This document shows positions 8,949 through 18,577 of a DNA stretch of 33,703 nucleotides, piece by piece; positions within the stretch are counted from its first letter, which is position 1, and every line of letters begins with the position of its first letter. The position numbers were made by a program, and so were the translations under genes. The stretch lies in UHGV virus genome UHGV-0214299. One strand, written 5' to 3'. This stretch comes from a virus. The notes beneath the pieces are model-generated. The model made no database searches. It saw only the letters and a list, made by a program, of their open reading frames with translations, and was not told the DNA's origin.

Positions 8949-10387
8949 CTGTATATCGCCTCCTGTCTCGCCACGGCATCGTTTATGCGGTACATGATCT
9001 CATCCGCAAGGGCCTCCACGTCCTGACCCTCCGCGCCGTAAACGGTAATGTTGACGCCGCCCATCATGGCGGCGCTTTCGGCGTTGCTTTTTATCTGTGT
9101 CCCCTGAGGCAGCCGGAGCAGCTCGGGGCCCTCCTCGCCTACCAACGTCCAACCGCCCTGCCAGTAATCCGTGCCGCGGGCGTTGCGGCCGATGCCGGAA
9201 TCCCACGCCTTGCCGCCCACGGCAACGCCCTTATAGTCCCAGTCGCCGTTGAGCCACTGAGCCAGTTCCGCGAACGCCTGCCGGAAGCTGCCTTTTATTT
9301 TGCCGACGAGGTTATCCAAGCGCTTGTGAAATTTATCGACAGCGGCCACGCCCTCCTCGGAGAGCACCTGATTGTTTTCGTGCGCCGCCTGTTTCATATT
9401 GTCGAGAGCGTCCGCGCCGTCGTTGATGATAGGATTGAGTTTCAGTGCGCCCTCGCCCATGAGGGACATTGCAAGTGTGTCGCGCTCCGCGCCCTCCTCC
9501 ATATTAGCGAGGGCGTAAACAACATCGTTAAATAGATCGTCGGTGTCGCGTATGTTGCCGTTTTCGTCCGTCAGCGTCACGCCGAGCTCTTCAAATGACT
9601 TTGCCATCTCCTCGTTGCCCTCAACTGCGGCTACCGCATTTTTGCGGAGGTCTTTTGTGAGGTCGGCTATCTCTTCCATGCTCACGCCCACTTGCTCTCC
9701 TGCATAGCCCCATTCCTGCAATGCGGTCGTGCTCAGGCCGGATGTGCCGGAGAGCAGTTTCAGGTTTTCGACGAGTTCAATCGTCTCTTTGCCAATTTCC
9801 ACCATATAGCCCGCCGCCGCGCCGAGCACTCCGGCAAGGCCGAGCATATCGGTGTTTATGCCGCCGAGGTCGATTTCGCCCAGCGCGTCAGGGAGGTCTA
9901 TGCCAAACTTGCCCGCAAGGTCGCCGAGGGTGCCGCTGGCTGCTCCTGCCGCCTCTCCCGTCTCGCTCAGAGCGCCGCTCATGTCATCGAGGCTGTTCAA
10001 GTTGTCATCAAGGCTGTCCGCGAAGCCGCTCAGGCCGGATTGCGTTTCATCGAGCTGCCGCTCAAGGTTTTTCAGTTCCGCATTGGCGTCGTTTACGGCC
10101 TCCTGCCATTTCAGCGTTTTTGTGTCGTTTTCGCCGTATAAATCAGCGGATTTTTCAAGCATACCGTTCAGCGCGTCCACGCGCTTTTTCTGTACGTCGA
10201 TTTGTTTGTTTAATACCTCGGCGGTTCTTTGCGCTTTTTCCTCTGCTTCGGTGTTTTCGTCAAAGCTGGCGGTGACGAGTTTCATCTCGCTACCGAGGGT
10301 TTTTGCCTGTTGTATGATCTGGTTGATGCTGTCGCGGTATTCTTTCTCGCCGTCTATGCCCAGCTTCGGGCCTATGCTCACAGCCAT
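8945..10387 (-). CDS. Tape measure protein (short, 480 aa)
   Basis: Ala/Glu-rich helical protein, N-terminal IGPKLGIDGEKEY, C-terminal NARGT..VGEEGPEL; located after the tail chaperones. Confidence 0.85.
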   Translation of the reverse strand: MAVSIGPKLGIDGEKEYRDSINQIIQQAKTLGSEMKLVTASFDENTEAEEKAQRTAEVLNKQIDVQKKRVDALNGMLEKSADLYGENDTKTLKWQEAVNDANAELKNLERQLDETQSGLSGFADSLDDNLNSLDDMSGALSETGEAAGAASGTLGDLAGKFGIDLPDALGEIDLGGINTDMLGLAGVLGAAAGYMVEIGKETIELVENLKLLSGTSGLSTTALQEWGYAGEQVGVSMEEIADLTKDLRKNAVAAVEGNEEMAKSFEELGVTLTDENGNIRDTDDLFNDVVYALANMEEGAERDTLAMSLMGEGALKLNPIINDGADALDNMKQAAHENNQVLSEEGVAAVDKFHKRLDNLVGKIKGSFRQAFAELAQWLNGDWDYKGVAVGGKAWDSGIGRNARGTDYWQGGWTLVGEEGPELLRLPQGTQIKSNAESAAMMGGVNITVYGAEGQDVEALADEIMYRINDAVARQEAIYR

Positions 10388-10392
10388 ATCGT

Positions 10393-10590
10393 TTACTCCT
10401 GATTCATTATTTCGTCGTAGGTCAGGGGCCGCTCATAATCCGCGCCGTTGTATATAGCGCGGCAGTCAATGAGGTCAAGCAGCTCGCCGTATGCGGTGTG
10501 TATGGTTTCCGCGCGGCTCATGCCGAGGCTCAATCCAAAATACACCAAAAAGGCCGGGGTGATCTTCACTCCCCGGCCTCGGTTTTTTTT
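10393..10590 (-). CDS. Tail assembly chaperone extension (gpGT-like), reached by -1 frameshift
   Basis: The -1 frame after the A8 run reads KNRGRGVKITPAFLVYFGLSLGMSRAETIHTAYGELLDLIDCRAIYNGADYERPLTYDEIMNQE*, ending 5 nt before the tape measure start. Confidence 0.8.
   Translation of the reverse strand, partial: KKNRGRGVKITPAFLVYFGLSLGMSRAETIHTAYGELLDLIDCRAIYNGADYERPLTYDEIMNQE
10551..10590 (-). promoter_or_regulatory. Programmed -1 ribosomal frameshift signal
   Basis: Slippery A-AAA-AAA (A8 at 10583-10590) followed by the stem AGGCCGGGG...CCCCGGCCT (10551-10579). Confidence 0.8.
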
Positions 10591-10928
10591 GACGGGATCG
10601 CCCTCACCGTCCTGTGAGTGTCCCTGCCGTATGCGTCTATCGCGGCGTTAAATATCTCCGCAAACTCCTCCAGTGTCAAAGAGGCCACCTCGTCATACGT
10701 CAGGGGAGCGGGCTTGTAACCGGGGGTTTCAAACGCCGCCGCTTTCTCACCCATGAGGGATAGTATGCAGACAAACCGCATACGGTTTTCCGCCCTCCGG
10801 CCCGCCTCGCTGTCGTTGAGGTAGGCCATGAGGTTTGTTATATCGCCCTCCGGGCACAGGCGGGCCAGTTCGATGCAGGCACCAACGCTATATTTAAATT
10901 TCACCTCGCGTCCGTTAACCTCTACCAT
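10566..10928 (-). CDS. Tail assembly chaperone (gpG-like)
   Basis: 120 aa between the major tail and tape measure genes; ends in a slippery site. Confidence 0.8.
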   Translation of the reverse strand: MVEVNGREVKFKYSVGACIELARLCPEGDITNLMAYLNDSEAGRRAENRMRFVCILSLMGEKAAAFETPGYKPAPLTYDEVASLTLEEFAEIFNAAIDAYGRDTHRTVRAIPSKKTEAGE

Positions 10929-10931
10929 GCG

Positions 10932-11540
10932 TTAATCCCCCGTTATATTGAGCACCTGTTTGATGACTGCAAGCGCCGCGGCCTCGGTATCCTGATGTTC
11001 GCCGCGCAGCCGCCAATCGCGCTTGGCCTTGTCGCTGCGCACCACGTCAAACGTGAGGTTCTGGGTCTGCCAGTTGGTGGTTTCCGTCTCGGTCTGCGCC
11101 CCCTCGTCCGGGGTAGCGAGTTTGCATTTGTAAATGACCACAGGCCGATAGCTCTGTACGCCCTCAAACTGCCATTTTTCGATATAGCCCACGCCTACAT
11201 AGGGCGTGTCTGCATCGTCATTGTCCGCATATACCTGCACTGTCTCGCTGCCGACGGCCAGGCTGGTCGCGGTAGGCAGGCCGCGCATGAGTTTGTCGGC
11301 CTCCAGCGCGAGACCATCTACGGTAAGAGCAAGCGTGCCGCCCGTAAACTTGCCGGCAGCGCTTTCGGCTTCTACATTGTCCGCATAAAACTTGCTGCTG
11401 CCGTTAGAGCTGCTTGTCAAGTTCGCGTTCACGCCGCGCGCCATTTTCTGGCCGTTAGCGTATGATATATCGTTTCCATTGTGCGAGTATATAGCTACAT
11501 AGGGCTCCGAAAAGCCTATTCTTACTCCGCCATTATTCAT
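10932..11540 (-). CDS. Major tail protein
   Basis: 202 aa. Motifs IGFSEPYVAIY, FYADNVEAES, PYVGVGYI and WQTQNL. Confidence 0.88.
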   Translation of the reverse strand: MNNGGVRIGFSEPYVAIYSHNGNDISYANGQKMARGVNANLTSSSNGSSKFYADNVEAESAAGKFTGGTLALTVDGLALEADKLMRGLPTATSLAVGSETVQVYADNDDADTPYVGVGYIEKWQFEGVQSYRPVVIYKCKLATPDEGAQTETETTNWQTQNLTFDVVRSDKAKRDWRLRGEHQDTEAAALAVIKQVLNITGD

Positions 11541-11551
11541 TTATTCGCTCC

Positions 11552-12034
11552 TTATTTCATAATTTGTGCCGTTTCCTCGTCAATCACTGCCGCCATGGCC
11601 TCTAAGGCTTCCTCCTGGCATTTTTTGATTGCCTTACGGACAAACGGGTATTTTTGTTGTATGCTGCTGCCGCTCTCCACGGCGGCGGCTATGATCTGGT
11701 TAGGCTGCCCCTGCGGGTATTTTTTTGTTTTCACTCGGTTATAGCCGCGAAATCCGATTTTGACGTTTAAAAAGCCCTCATCGTCGCGCATTCTGGATAT
11801 GCCAAAGCTGTCTTTCAACCCCTCGATTTGAATTTTAGGTACGCCGCGGGTGTATTTTTTGGTTTTGCTCGTATTAGGCAGCGTCGGAACCTCGTCGAGC
11901 CCGTTTCTGATCGCGTTTGCCACTATATCCGCCCCCGCGTATACGGCCTTCGCTGCCGATTCCCGGCTATTTTTGCCGAGAGCAGATAATTTCCGTTCGT
12001 ATTCCTCGAGGCCCTCAAACTTTAGCGTCGCCAT
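11552..12034 (-). CDS. HK97 gp10-like neck/tail component
   Basis: Motifs EGLEEYERKL, AVYAGADIVANAI and ESGSS..KYPFVRKA. Start MATLK at 12034 with GGAGG RBS. Confidence 0.8.
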   Translation of the reverse strand: MATLKFEGLEEYERKLSALGKNSRESAAKAVYAGADIVANAIRNGLDEVPTLPNTSKTKKYTRGVPKIQIEGLKDSFGISRMRDDEGFLNVKIGFRGYNRVKTKKYPQGQPNQIIAAAVESGSSIQQKYPFVRKAIKKCQEEALEAMAAVIDEETAQIMK

Positions 12035-12360
12035 CAGGGCACCTCCCACGTCCATTCGTAATGGATCAGGTTCGTCTCGTCCTCGTATTGTACGGAGTTC
12101 AGTCGCCAGGGTATCCTCAGAGAGTTAAGGGCTGCCTGTATATTGTCCAGGGCCGGGTCATATTCCTGCAGGGTGTAGTAGTCTACCGTGCCGGTGATCG
12201 CCTGCTCTGCCTTTCGGTTGCCGGCGTTAAATCCGTTTTCCCCGTCCTCCGCCCAGACGCAAAACGGCGGTTCCACGTGCGGCCTCCAGTAGTGCTTTGT
12301 ATTCGGCACCACTTTTGCCAGTGCCTCACCGAGAGGCTGTAATTTATTCTGCAACGTCAT
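12034..12360 (-). CDS. Tail completion/terminator-like protein
   Basis: 108 aa in the neck cluster; C-terminal YEDETNLIHYEWTWEV. Confidence 0.65.
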   Translation of the reverse strand: MTLQNKLQPLGEALAKVVPNTKHYWRPHVEPPFCVWAEDGENGFNAGNRKAEQAITGTVDYYTLQEYDPALDNIQAALNSLRIPWRLNSVQYEDETNLIHYEWTWEVP

Positions 12361-12688
12361 ACAGTTTATCGAGCCTCCTCAATGTCAGGTCTGTTATTTT
12401 CAGCCCATCCTCGTCAATCAGATGCTGAACATTATCAATGCGATACTGTTTTTTGTCCTCGGTCACGGCATACATACCTATTTCGGCAGCGTCCGTTCGC
12501 CACGTCCTGATTAGTAAGTCTACCTGTTGATTTGCGCCAAACGCAGCATACTGGCGCCCGTATCCGATAGCGCGTTCCGCGTAAAACAGCCATTCGACAG
12601 GGATAAGATACATGGCGGGCATTCCGCCCGCCACTTCGTTCGTATCTTTCAGTTTGCACAATATTACAATGCCCGTATCGTATGTCAT
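12344..12688 (-). CDS. Head closure / head-tail adaptor protein
   Basis: 114 aa, beta-rich, QYRIDNVQH; follows the connector gene. Confidence 0.65.
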   Translation of the reverse strand: MTYDTGIVILCKLKDTNEVAGGMPAMYLIPVEWLFYAERAIGYGRQYAAFGANQQVDLLIRTWRTDAAEIGMYAVTEDKKQYRIDNVQHLIDEDGLKITDLTLRRLDKLYDVAE

Positions 12689-12969
12689 ACGCCGTCCTCC
12701 TGCATTTTCTGACTGAATAGGCGGTTGTTGAGCGCATAGCGGAGCATGCGGGGCATTACGGGATTATCCTCCGCCCGCTTGCGGAACAGGTACGCAGCGT
12801 ACATGACGAGTATTTGTGCGTCCTCCTCGCAGTTGGTGTTAAGGTTTATGCCCTCGCGGGCGATCATGCCGGAGGCAGCATTAAGGAGCTGCCCCAGGTA
12901 TTCATCGTATGCCGTGGTCGTCAGCGATAAGTTGTATTTAAGCCGTGCCACAAGTCCCGGATTTGCCAC
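12685..12969 (-). CDS. Head-tail connector (gp6/gp15-like)
   Basis: 94 aa, LKYNLSL..YDEYLGQLLNAA; immediately after the capsid gene, AGGAGG RBS. Confidence 0.8.
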   Translation of the reverse strand: MANPGLVARLKYNLSLTTTAYDEYLGQLLNAASGMIAREGINLNTNCEEDAQILVMYAAYLFRKRAEDNPVMPRMLRYALNNRLFSQKMQEDGV

Positions 12970-12988
12970 AGGTCAGCTCCTCCTTTCC

Positions 12989-14677
12989 TTAGGACTTGGT
13001 TACAGTGACGGTATAGGCGCGGACGGCGTTGCCGTTGCGCACGGTCACAGTCAGAGTATTGGAGCCGCTCTCCCAGGTAGCGGTAGAGCCGTTGTTGAGG
13101 TTTTTGCCGTTGAGGGCAAGCTGCACCTTGGCGTTGCCGTTGGCCGCAGTGGCCTCAACCTTGTCGCTGGCCGCAGAGGCGGTGATGTTGTAGGACTGTA
13201 CGGCGGGGTTAAAGGCGGGGCTCAAGGTCTCATTGCCTATGACGAGGCTCTGGAGCAGAGCGTCGTTTGCGGTGTCCGCGGCAAAGGTCATGGAGGTGGT
13301 CACCTCATTGCCGTTGATGTTGATAGCGACAAAGGACTGAGGTATGACGGGGGTGCCGTCAGCGCGGGCTTTGCCGCGGAATACGGTGTTGTCTTGGATA
13401 AACTGTACACTGTGGTCGGCGTCGATCTGGATTTCACCGCGATTGACCCACAGGTAGAGGTCGCCGTAGCCGCCCACGATGTCGCCGTCGGGCATAAACT
13501 CCAGTATATCTATGTCGCCGGTGATTATGGGGAGAGTGGCAAAAACGCCCGCCGCAATGTCGCCGGAGGCGGTAAAAGTGATAACCTTGGACTTGAGCAG
13601 GTTGTAGGTCTTGCTGTTCATGACCCAGAATTTTTCGCCGCGAGCGTACAGGCTGTAGGCGTTGCCGGTAGCTATAGTCAGGGCCGCCCAAAATGCCGCC
13701 CCGGTCAGGTTGGTGTCTATCTTCTGGATGTTGGTGGTATGCAGATCCGCCCAGGCGGGGGCGTTGGCGGGATAGTCAGTGGGCTTCGAGGTCTGCGCCA
13801 AGCGAGGTACTATGCCCTGGGGCATTTTGATGCCGGTACCGTATAGGATGGCCTTATCCTCGGCGAGGCCGATAGATTCGGATAGCATCTCCACCAGCCA
13901 GGATGCCAGGTTGATGTCGTTGTCCTCGAGTATGCTGTTGCACACCGGGACAAAGCCAGCCACCTTGTAGCCGTCCACGGTGATCTGATTAAATACAAAC
14001 TGCAGCTCGTTGATAGCCGCGCACATCTCAGTCCATACCGCCTCGGGCACGGTGCCGGCTATGGTCTGGCGGGCCTCGCCATTAACATTGCGGACGCGGA
14101 CGCGGTTGAGCAGTTTTGAATACCTAAACATGTTCTCGCTGATGAGATCAAGGAATACTATGGGGATAGTCAGATCGGCGCCGCTCACCGCGCGCTGGGC
14201 ACCGCCCTTCATGCTGCGCAGCTCTTTCAGAAATGCCTTAACGTCCTCGCGGGCTATAATCTCCTGCCGGGTCTGCATGGGCAGAGCGTCAAAAACGCGC
14301 TGTTCCTTAGGCAGCGCACGGATATTGATGTTGATCATTCTGGTTCTCTTGCTCCTTTCGTTTTCGTCAACTATCGTAGTCATGGGGGCGGGCTCGTTCT
14401 TGGGGGCCTCTTCCTCGATATCAGCCAGTTCTTTTTCGAGTTTGTCTATGGCGGCGACGCATTCTTCCTTGGCCTTTTCGAAGGCGGATTTGTCTTCCTC
14501 GTACTTCTCCACCTCTTCCTCGACAGCGCGCTGCTCTTCATCGTCCTGGGCCTCCTCTATGGCGTCCTCCAGCTCCTTTTCACGCTTTAAAAGAGCAGCT
14601 TCCTTTTCGCGGAGTTGCTCCATTTCCTTCTTTTTGTTGTCAATGCTCCGGCGGAGCATCAGGGCTCTAAGTGCCAT
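12989..14677 (-). CDS. HK97-fold major capsid protein with N-terminal scaffold (delta) coil and C-terminal cadherin/Ig-like domain
   Basis: Motifs AVWTEM, EDKAILYGTG..PQGI and FIQDNTVFRGKARADG; C-terminal LSPAFNP..YNIT..NTLTVTV..YTVTVTK. Confidence 0.93.
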   Translation of the reverse strand: MALRALMLRRSIDNKKKEMEQLREKEAALLKREKELEDAIEEAQDDEEQRAVEEEVEKYEEDKSAFEKAKEECVAAIDKLEKELADIEEEAPKNEPAPMTTIVDENERSKRTRMININIRALPKEQRVFDALPMQTRQEIIAREDVKAFLKELRSMKGGAQRAVSGADLTIPIVFLDLISENMFRYSKLLNRVRVRNVNGEARQTIAGTVPEAVWTEMCAAINELQFVFNQITVDGYKVAGFVPVCNSILEDNDINLASWLVEMLSESIGLAEDKAILYGTGIKMPQGIVPRLAQTSKPTDYPANAPAWADLHTTNIQKIDTNLTGAAFWAALTIATGNAYSLYARGEKFWVMNSKTYNLLKSKVITFTASGDIAAGVFATLPIITGDIDILEFMPDGDIVGGYGDLYLWVNRGEIQIDADHSVQFIQDNTVFRGKARADGTPVIPQSFVAININGNEVTTSMTFAADTANDALLQSLVIGNETLSPAFNPAVQSYNITASAASDKVEATAANGNAKVQLALNGKNLNNGSTATWESGSNTLTVTVRNGNAVRAYTVTVTKS

Positions 14678-15252
14678 TACTTATTTCCTCCTTTAATCTT
14701 TGTTTTCATGTCGGCGCGCCACTTTTCGGCCTTGCGCCGCTTGATATCGTTGATCTCGGCCTTCCGGGCCTCTACCTGGGTATCCTCATAGGCCGGGAAT
14801 GTTACCACGCTGACCTCCCAGAGTTTGACCTTGCGGAGGTGCCATACGCTGGGGCCATCCTCGTTGTAGTCCGTGCTCTGCTCGATTATGTCAAATCCAA
14901 ATGAGCATTGGTTGACGTCGCCGCGCTTGACGCGCTCGTAGAGGTTCATGGCGTCTTGGTCCTTGGGGTTAATTAGGATACTGCCCCAAAGGCCTTTGTC
15001 GTCGATGCGCAGGGTGAGTGTGCCGGCGGTGGTGCGTCCCAGCACCAGCCGGGTATCATGGTCAGCCAGTGCGCGCACGTCCCGCTCAGTCTCGCCGTCA
15101 AAAGCGCCGGGCTCTATGGTTTCGTAAGCGTCGTCCCACAACCAGTACTTACTGCCGTATACGGCAAAATAGCCCTCTATATAGAGGTTGCCGTCGTCGG
15201 CGCGGGTCTTAAATTGCACCGGCTGCGCGATTGCAGTCCTTTTTGCCATCAT
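14677..15252 (-). CDS. HK97-family prohead protease
   Basis: Motifs IEGYFAVY, HDTRLVLGRT, CSFGF and LWEVSVVTFPAYEDT. Confidence 0.93.
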   Translation of the reverse strand: MMAKRTAIAQPVQFKTRADDGNLYIEGYFAVYGSKYWLWDDAYETIEPGAFDGETERDVRALADHDTRLVLGRTTAGTLTLRIDDKGLWGSILINPKDQDAMNLYERVKRGDVNQCSFGFDIIEQSTDYNEDGPSVWHLRKVKLWEVSVVTFPAYEDTQVEARKAEINDIKRRKAEKWRADMKTKIKGGNK

Positions 15253-16448
15253 GAGTTGTTTTCACCTCCTTGTAGTTTGCTTTGGTCACCTATCATGCCG
15301 CGGGGTATGTAATTTTCCAGTATCACGAGATCGTCGAGGCCGTCCATGGGCGCAAGGCCCAGCCAATTGCGCACTTCGTTGCCGGTCATAATACCGCGCA
15401 CATACTCGTCATTGCCCACGGCGGCAAGATCCTTAAGATCGTAATTGTACAGGCTCCGGCTGTTAAACCTAAAATACCAGTCCGGGTTATACAGCAGTTT
15501 ACGTGTGAGCTCCTGCTCTATATTGGCGGCCGCGGGCATGATTTTTGATGATATAAAGTTGTTCCACTCGTCGCGGCTGAATTGTCCTTCTCCCAGCACA
15601 AAGGGCGGTATGCCCAGCACCGAGGCGACGGCCTTTTTGTCCAGCCGCACAAAATCAGCCAGCGCGAGGTCGGATAGGCTCAAGGGTTTGACCTGCTGCA
15701 CCTCAAACTGGTCTGCCGGGATAAGCCAGGGCTGCCCGGCCCGGTTGCTGGAGGCGTATTCGTCCAGCAGCTTCTCGCGGCCTTCTTTGCTCGAAAACTC
15801 GTCCACGAGGCCGTCTACCTTTATGACCAGGGCAGGCTTCCACTCGCTCGACATAAAGCCGTTCTCGGTAGCGGCGGCCTGCTTGAGGTTGTCCGCTACG
15901 GTGGCAAGCTCTATCTGGTAGCCCCTGCCCAGCCAGGGGTAATAGTCGCCGGGATTGCACACAAAATGCAGCACGTCCTCGGGGTCGTAGGGCTGTCCGA
16001 GTATCATAACGTCGTAGTCCCAAGTGCCTCTGGGCACGTAGGACACAAACGCCGGGGATATGGGCTGCAAGTCGGTTATATATCCGTTTTGCGTCACCGG
16101 GTATACCACGGCGTTGCCGTTGCCGGTGAGCATCATGGTGCGGACTATCCAGCGCACCCAGTTACTCCGGGTCATGTTATGGTATGGCGATATGTCTACC
16201 TTGCGGGACAGCTCATTTTTAATGCGGACGTCGCCCCGGTCGGTATTTTGCATAAGGTGTATTGTCATAGCTCCGATGAGCCGGGCTATGGTGTCCACTG
16301 CCGTGGCGATTTCTGGGTTTTCCGCCAGAGTGGTGTACCCTCGGCATTTCAAACTGCCAAACTGGGTGCTGTCGCAAAAAAACGTCATGCACCGTTTTTT
16401 CTGGGGTTCCGCCCTGGCGGCGGCCCTGCTGCGTTTACGTTTACTCAT
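15249..16448 (-). CDS. HK97-family portal protein
   Basis: Motifs AVDTIARLIG, GNGNAVVYP, VASVLGIPPFVLG and GIMTGNEVRNWLGL. Start reassigned to ATG 16448. Confidence 0.92.
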   Translation of the reverse strand: MSKRKRSRAAARAEPQKKRCMTFFCDSTQFGSLKCRGYTTLAENPEIATAVDTIARLIGAMTIHLMQNTDRGDVRIKNELSRKVDISPYHNMTRSNWVRWIVRTMMLTGNGNAVVYPVTQNGYITDLQPISPAFVSYVPRGTWDYDVMILGQPYDPEDVLHFVCNPGDYYPWLGRGYQIELATVADNLKQAAATENGFMSSEWKPALVIKVDGLVDEFSSKEGREKLLDEYASSNRAGQPWLIPADQFEVQQVKPLSLSDLALADFVRLDKKAVASVLGIPPFVLGEGQFSRDEWNNFISSKIMPAAANIEQELTRKLLYNPDWYFRFNSRSLYNYDLKDLAAVGNDEYVRGIMTGNEVRNWLGLAPMDGLDDLVILENYIPRGMIGDQSKLQGGENNS

Positions 16449-18183
16449 TCGCAAACCATTCCTCTCCTGCTCTGATTTTTCCCATGCTCTCCAAATAGCG
16501 CACGGCGGCAAAGACCGAAGCGTCAAATAGATCTATTCGGTGCTCCGGCTGGACCTTCTCGTATTGGATGATATCGTCAGTTTTTTCTATGGCCCGGACG
16601 TTCTGTACGCAATACTCGTAGGCCTCGCTGTGCAAATAGTACAAGCGCCCATTTTTGGCGCTATTCTCAAGGTACCTAAAGCCCTGGGATTTGTTGATGG
16701 TGTATTGTGGCTGGTCGATGATCTTAAAGCCCGCCTTTTTCATATCAAGCATGTACTCGGCGGCAAATTTGCGGTCATGGCCTACCTGCACGATCTTAAA
16801 TCCCATGTCCCGCATAGCTATGTACCAGTTGACCACGTCGGAGTAGTTTGTCGTTGGCGTGTTGCACATGGTAAGCCAGCCGCTCTCCTCCCAGCCAAAC
16901 AATGGTATATTGTCCTGGTCAGCTTTGAGAGCCGCCGCTGTCAGTGGGAAAAAGGCGTGAGTGATGATGATGTCGGTATCCTGGTAATGCCCGAAAAGCG
17001 CCGCCGCGGTCAGGTCGTGCAGGCGGGCGAGATCAGAGCCGCCAAACCATTTAATAGGCAGCCGGGCAAGCTCCGCCAGCGTCCAGTCGTGCGCCGCGTC
17101 GCTGCGTCGGAACTCGTCGATGTCGAAGTAAGCCTTTAAGGCGTTGACGTATACGTTCAGGGACTTCGCGAGGAAATCTTTGCGCTGCTGAGGGTCGTTC
17201 TGAGCCTGCCGGCTGTCGTTGAGTATCTCCGCCGGGCGTATGCTCACGCCATAGGCGGGGTTGGCCATTTCGTGGACGATGGGGTTTGTATAGTCGATGT
17301 CGCCGCCCTCGTCCGGGTTGGCGCAGCACATAAAGATAAAATACTGCTCGTCCTCTATGGTGCCGTTAAGGACCTTCCGGCAGTACCTAAGCCGCTGCCC
17401 GAGGAATGCCTGCTCGTTGTCGCCCGCCGTGGATATGCCTATGATCAATTTATTGGTATATGCCTTCATGGCCTCTTTAAAGAGGTTGTATTGTTTGGGC
17501 TTTTTGTAGGCGTGCATCTCGTCGCATATGGCAATATTGCAGTTGAGTGAATCCTGGGTGTCGGGATTGGCGGCCAGCGCTCGGATATAAAATGAGCCGT
17601 CGTCCCCAAGGTCGGCGGTCATGCTGTGCTCGTTGTTGTTGTCTATGATTTTTACGGACCCGCCTTTGGCCTTGTCTTCTCCCATCTGGCGCACGTTGTA
17701 CACCAAAAAATTAAAACTTTCGAGGGACTGCATCAGGGCCGCGCTGGTAATGTAGGTTTTCGCGCCGCTCTTGCGGTACCAGAGGGACAGCGCATATGCC
17801 AGAGCCGCCGCAAACGTGGTTTTGATGTTTTTGCGGGGTATAAAAATGAGCGCCTCGTGAAATCTTACGATATCAGTGCCGCTCATTTTGAACCCCAAAA
17901 GGTTGTATATTATGAATTTGTGAAAGGGCTCCAGTTTAAACGGTTCGCCGCGAAGGGGCGTTCCGTCTATTCGTTCTCCTTGTTGGTGTGTGAGCGTGTG
18001 CTCGATGATCTGTATGACAAATTCCGGGCCCCTGCTGTCTATGTAATAGTCCGGGTTGTCGAGATCGCGGAAAAATCGCTCAACGGCCTGCTTCAGTTCC
18101 TCGCAGGCCACCTTTCGCCCGCCGCGTATGCTCTCGGCGTACTCCATGACGACGGGCCAGTTCCGGCCTTTAATCCGTGTCAA
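16441..18183 (-). CDS. terL: Terminase large subunit
   Basis: Walker A-like IPRKNIKT, Walker B AICDEMH, coupling motif ISTAG, nuclease motifs GGSDLA and RIDLFDA. Confidence 0.95.
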   Translation of the reverse strand: MTRIKGRNWPVVMEYAESIRGGRKVACEELKQAVERFFRDLDNPDYYIDSRGPEFVIQIIEHTLTHQQGERIDGTPLRGEPFKLEPFHKFIIYNLLGFKMSGTDIVRFHEALIFIPRKNIKTTFAAALAYALSLWYRKSGAKTYITSAALMQSLESFNFLVYNVRQMGEDKAKGGSVKIIDNNNEHSMTADLGDDGSFYIRALAANPDTQDSLNCNIAICDEMHAYKKPKQYNLFKEAMKAYTNKLIIGISTAGDNEQAFLGQRLRYCRKVLNGTIEDEQYFIFMCCANPDEGGDIDYTNPIVHEMANPAYGVSIRPAEILNDSRQAQNDPQQRKDFLAKSLNVYVNALKAYFDIDEFRRSDAAHDWTLAELARLPIKWFGGSDLARLHDLTAAALFGHYQDTDIIITHAFFPLTAAALKADQDNIPLFGWEESGWLTMCNTPTTNYSDVVNWYIAMRDMGFKIVQVGHDRKFAAEYMLDMKKAGFKIIDQPQYTINKSQGFRYLENSAKNGRLYYLHSEAYEYCVQNVRAIEKTDDIIQYEKVQPEHRIDLFDASVFAAVRYLESMGKIRAGEEWFANE

Positions 18184-18577
18184 GCTCTATTTCCCGCAGA
18201 GCCGCTGCCAGCGTTCCCACGGCTGCATTTTTCGGCGCCGCCCCGCACACCTTTTTGTATGCCGCAGGCGTCAGCCCTAATTCGCGCCAGTACGCAAGCG
18301 CGGTTTTGTTGAGCATATCCCACAGGTCGAGGTATGGGCTGCGCGTCATGTTGGTAGCCCCTGCCTTATTGGTGTGCTCCACGATGGGGCCGCCGCCGTC
18401 CTCCCGGTAGTCCGCCATTACCTGGTCACGCTGCTCCAGTATCTCCGCGAGGCTGTCTATCACCGGGGCGTAGTCTTTGGCCTCGACACCGGCGCGCTTG
18501 CACAAGCTTTTGATTTTTGTCCGCCATTTCTTGGCGGTCAACGGTTCGCCCTGTGCCACGCCGCTCACCTCCTCCAT
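18170..18577 (-). CDS. terS: Terminase small subunit (P27 family-like)
   Basis: Motifs HTNKAGATN and ELGLTPAA; overlaps the terL start. Confidence 0.88.
   Translation of the reverse strand: MEEVSGVAQGEPLTAKKWRTKIKSLCKRAGVEAKDYAPVIDSLAEILEQRDQVMADYREDGGGPIVEHTNKAGATNMTRSPYLDLWDMLNKTALAYWRELGLTPAAYKKVCGAAPKNAAVGTLAAALREIELDTD

Noticed and set aside
11552..12360. Swapped order of the gp10-like and terminator-like neck genes
   Set aside because: Assignments are tentative and such order variation is a minor feature of phage neck modules.
12746..13846. 366-aa plus-strand ORF opposite the capsid gene
   Set aside because: Antisense shadow of a strongly codon-biased gene.
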